Origin: Antedon mediterranea
Lineage: Eukaryota; Animalia; Echinodermata
Direction of reading: 5' to 3'
NCBI RefSeq assembly: GCF_964355755.1
Contig: NC_092670.1
Coordinates: forward strand, 38,428,388-38,492,387
Length of the DNA stretch: 64,000 nt
Made by a program: the position numbers and the translations under genes
Notes under the pieces: generated by a model
Databases searched by the model: none
What the model was told of the DNA's origin: nothing
Seen by the model: only the letters and a program-made list of their open reading frames with translations
Shown here: positions 63,905-64,000 of the stretch, piece by piece
Numbering within the stretch: the stretch's first letter is position 1
Layout: every line of letters begins with the position of its first letter

Positions 63905-64000
63905 ATTATGATCATCACGTCATCGTCGTCGTCGTCCTCCCCCTCGTCATGATCACATCATCGTCATAATCATCATCCCCATCATCATTATCATCCTCAT
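63905..64000. repeat. Degenerate (CAT/CGT)n microsatellite
   Basis: Visible trinucleotide-rich tract. Confidence 0.8.

Overview
AT-rich, intron-rich animal genomic DNA, probably an invertebrate deuterostome (inferred from a Deu/Nin-type SINE). It holds three spliced genes, whose exons I reconstructed by hand with consistent GT-AG junctions and reading phases. (1) The 3' part of a + strand gene (1237-4880) encoding a THAP domain, five PxDLS-like CtBP-binding motifs and a C2H2 zinc-finger array. (2) An apparently complete - strand DYRK4-type kinase (stop at 13010; 13 shared exons and two alternative N-terminal exon sets starting at 44277 and 52304). (3) The 3' part of a - strand ADCY8-like adenylyl cyclase (56821-63854). 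Introns and intergenic DNA are packed with non-autonomous mobile elements: Harbinger-type MITEs, Kolobok-type TTAA elements, tRNA-derived SINEs, three Helentron/HINE-like elements and two Penelope-like inverted pLTR elements. The most interesting observations are minimal hammerhead ribozyme cores in the Penelope-like elements, covarying termini in nested HINE sister elements that also carry CRE sites every ~177 bp, two satellites that arose from local MITE families, and tandem duplications of real splice junctions. All family assignments come from motif recognition without database searches.
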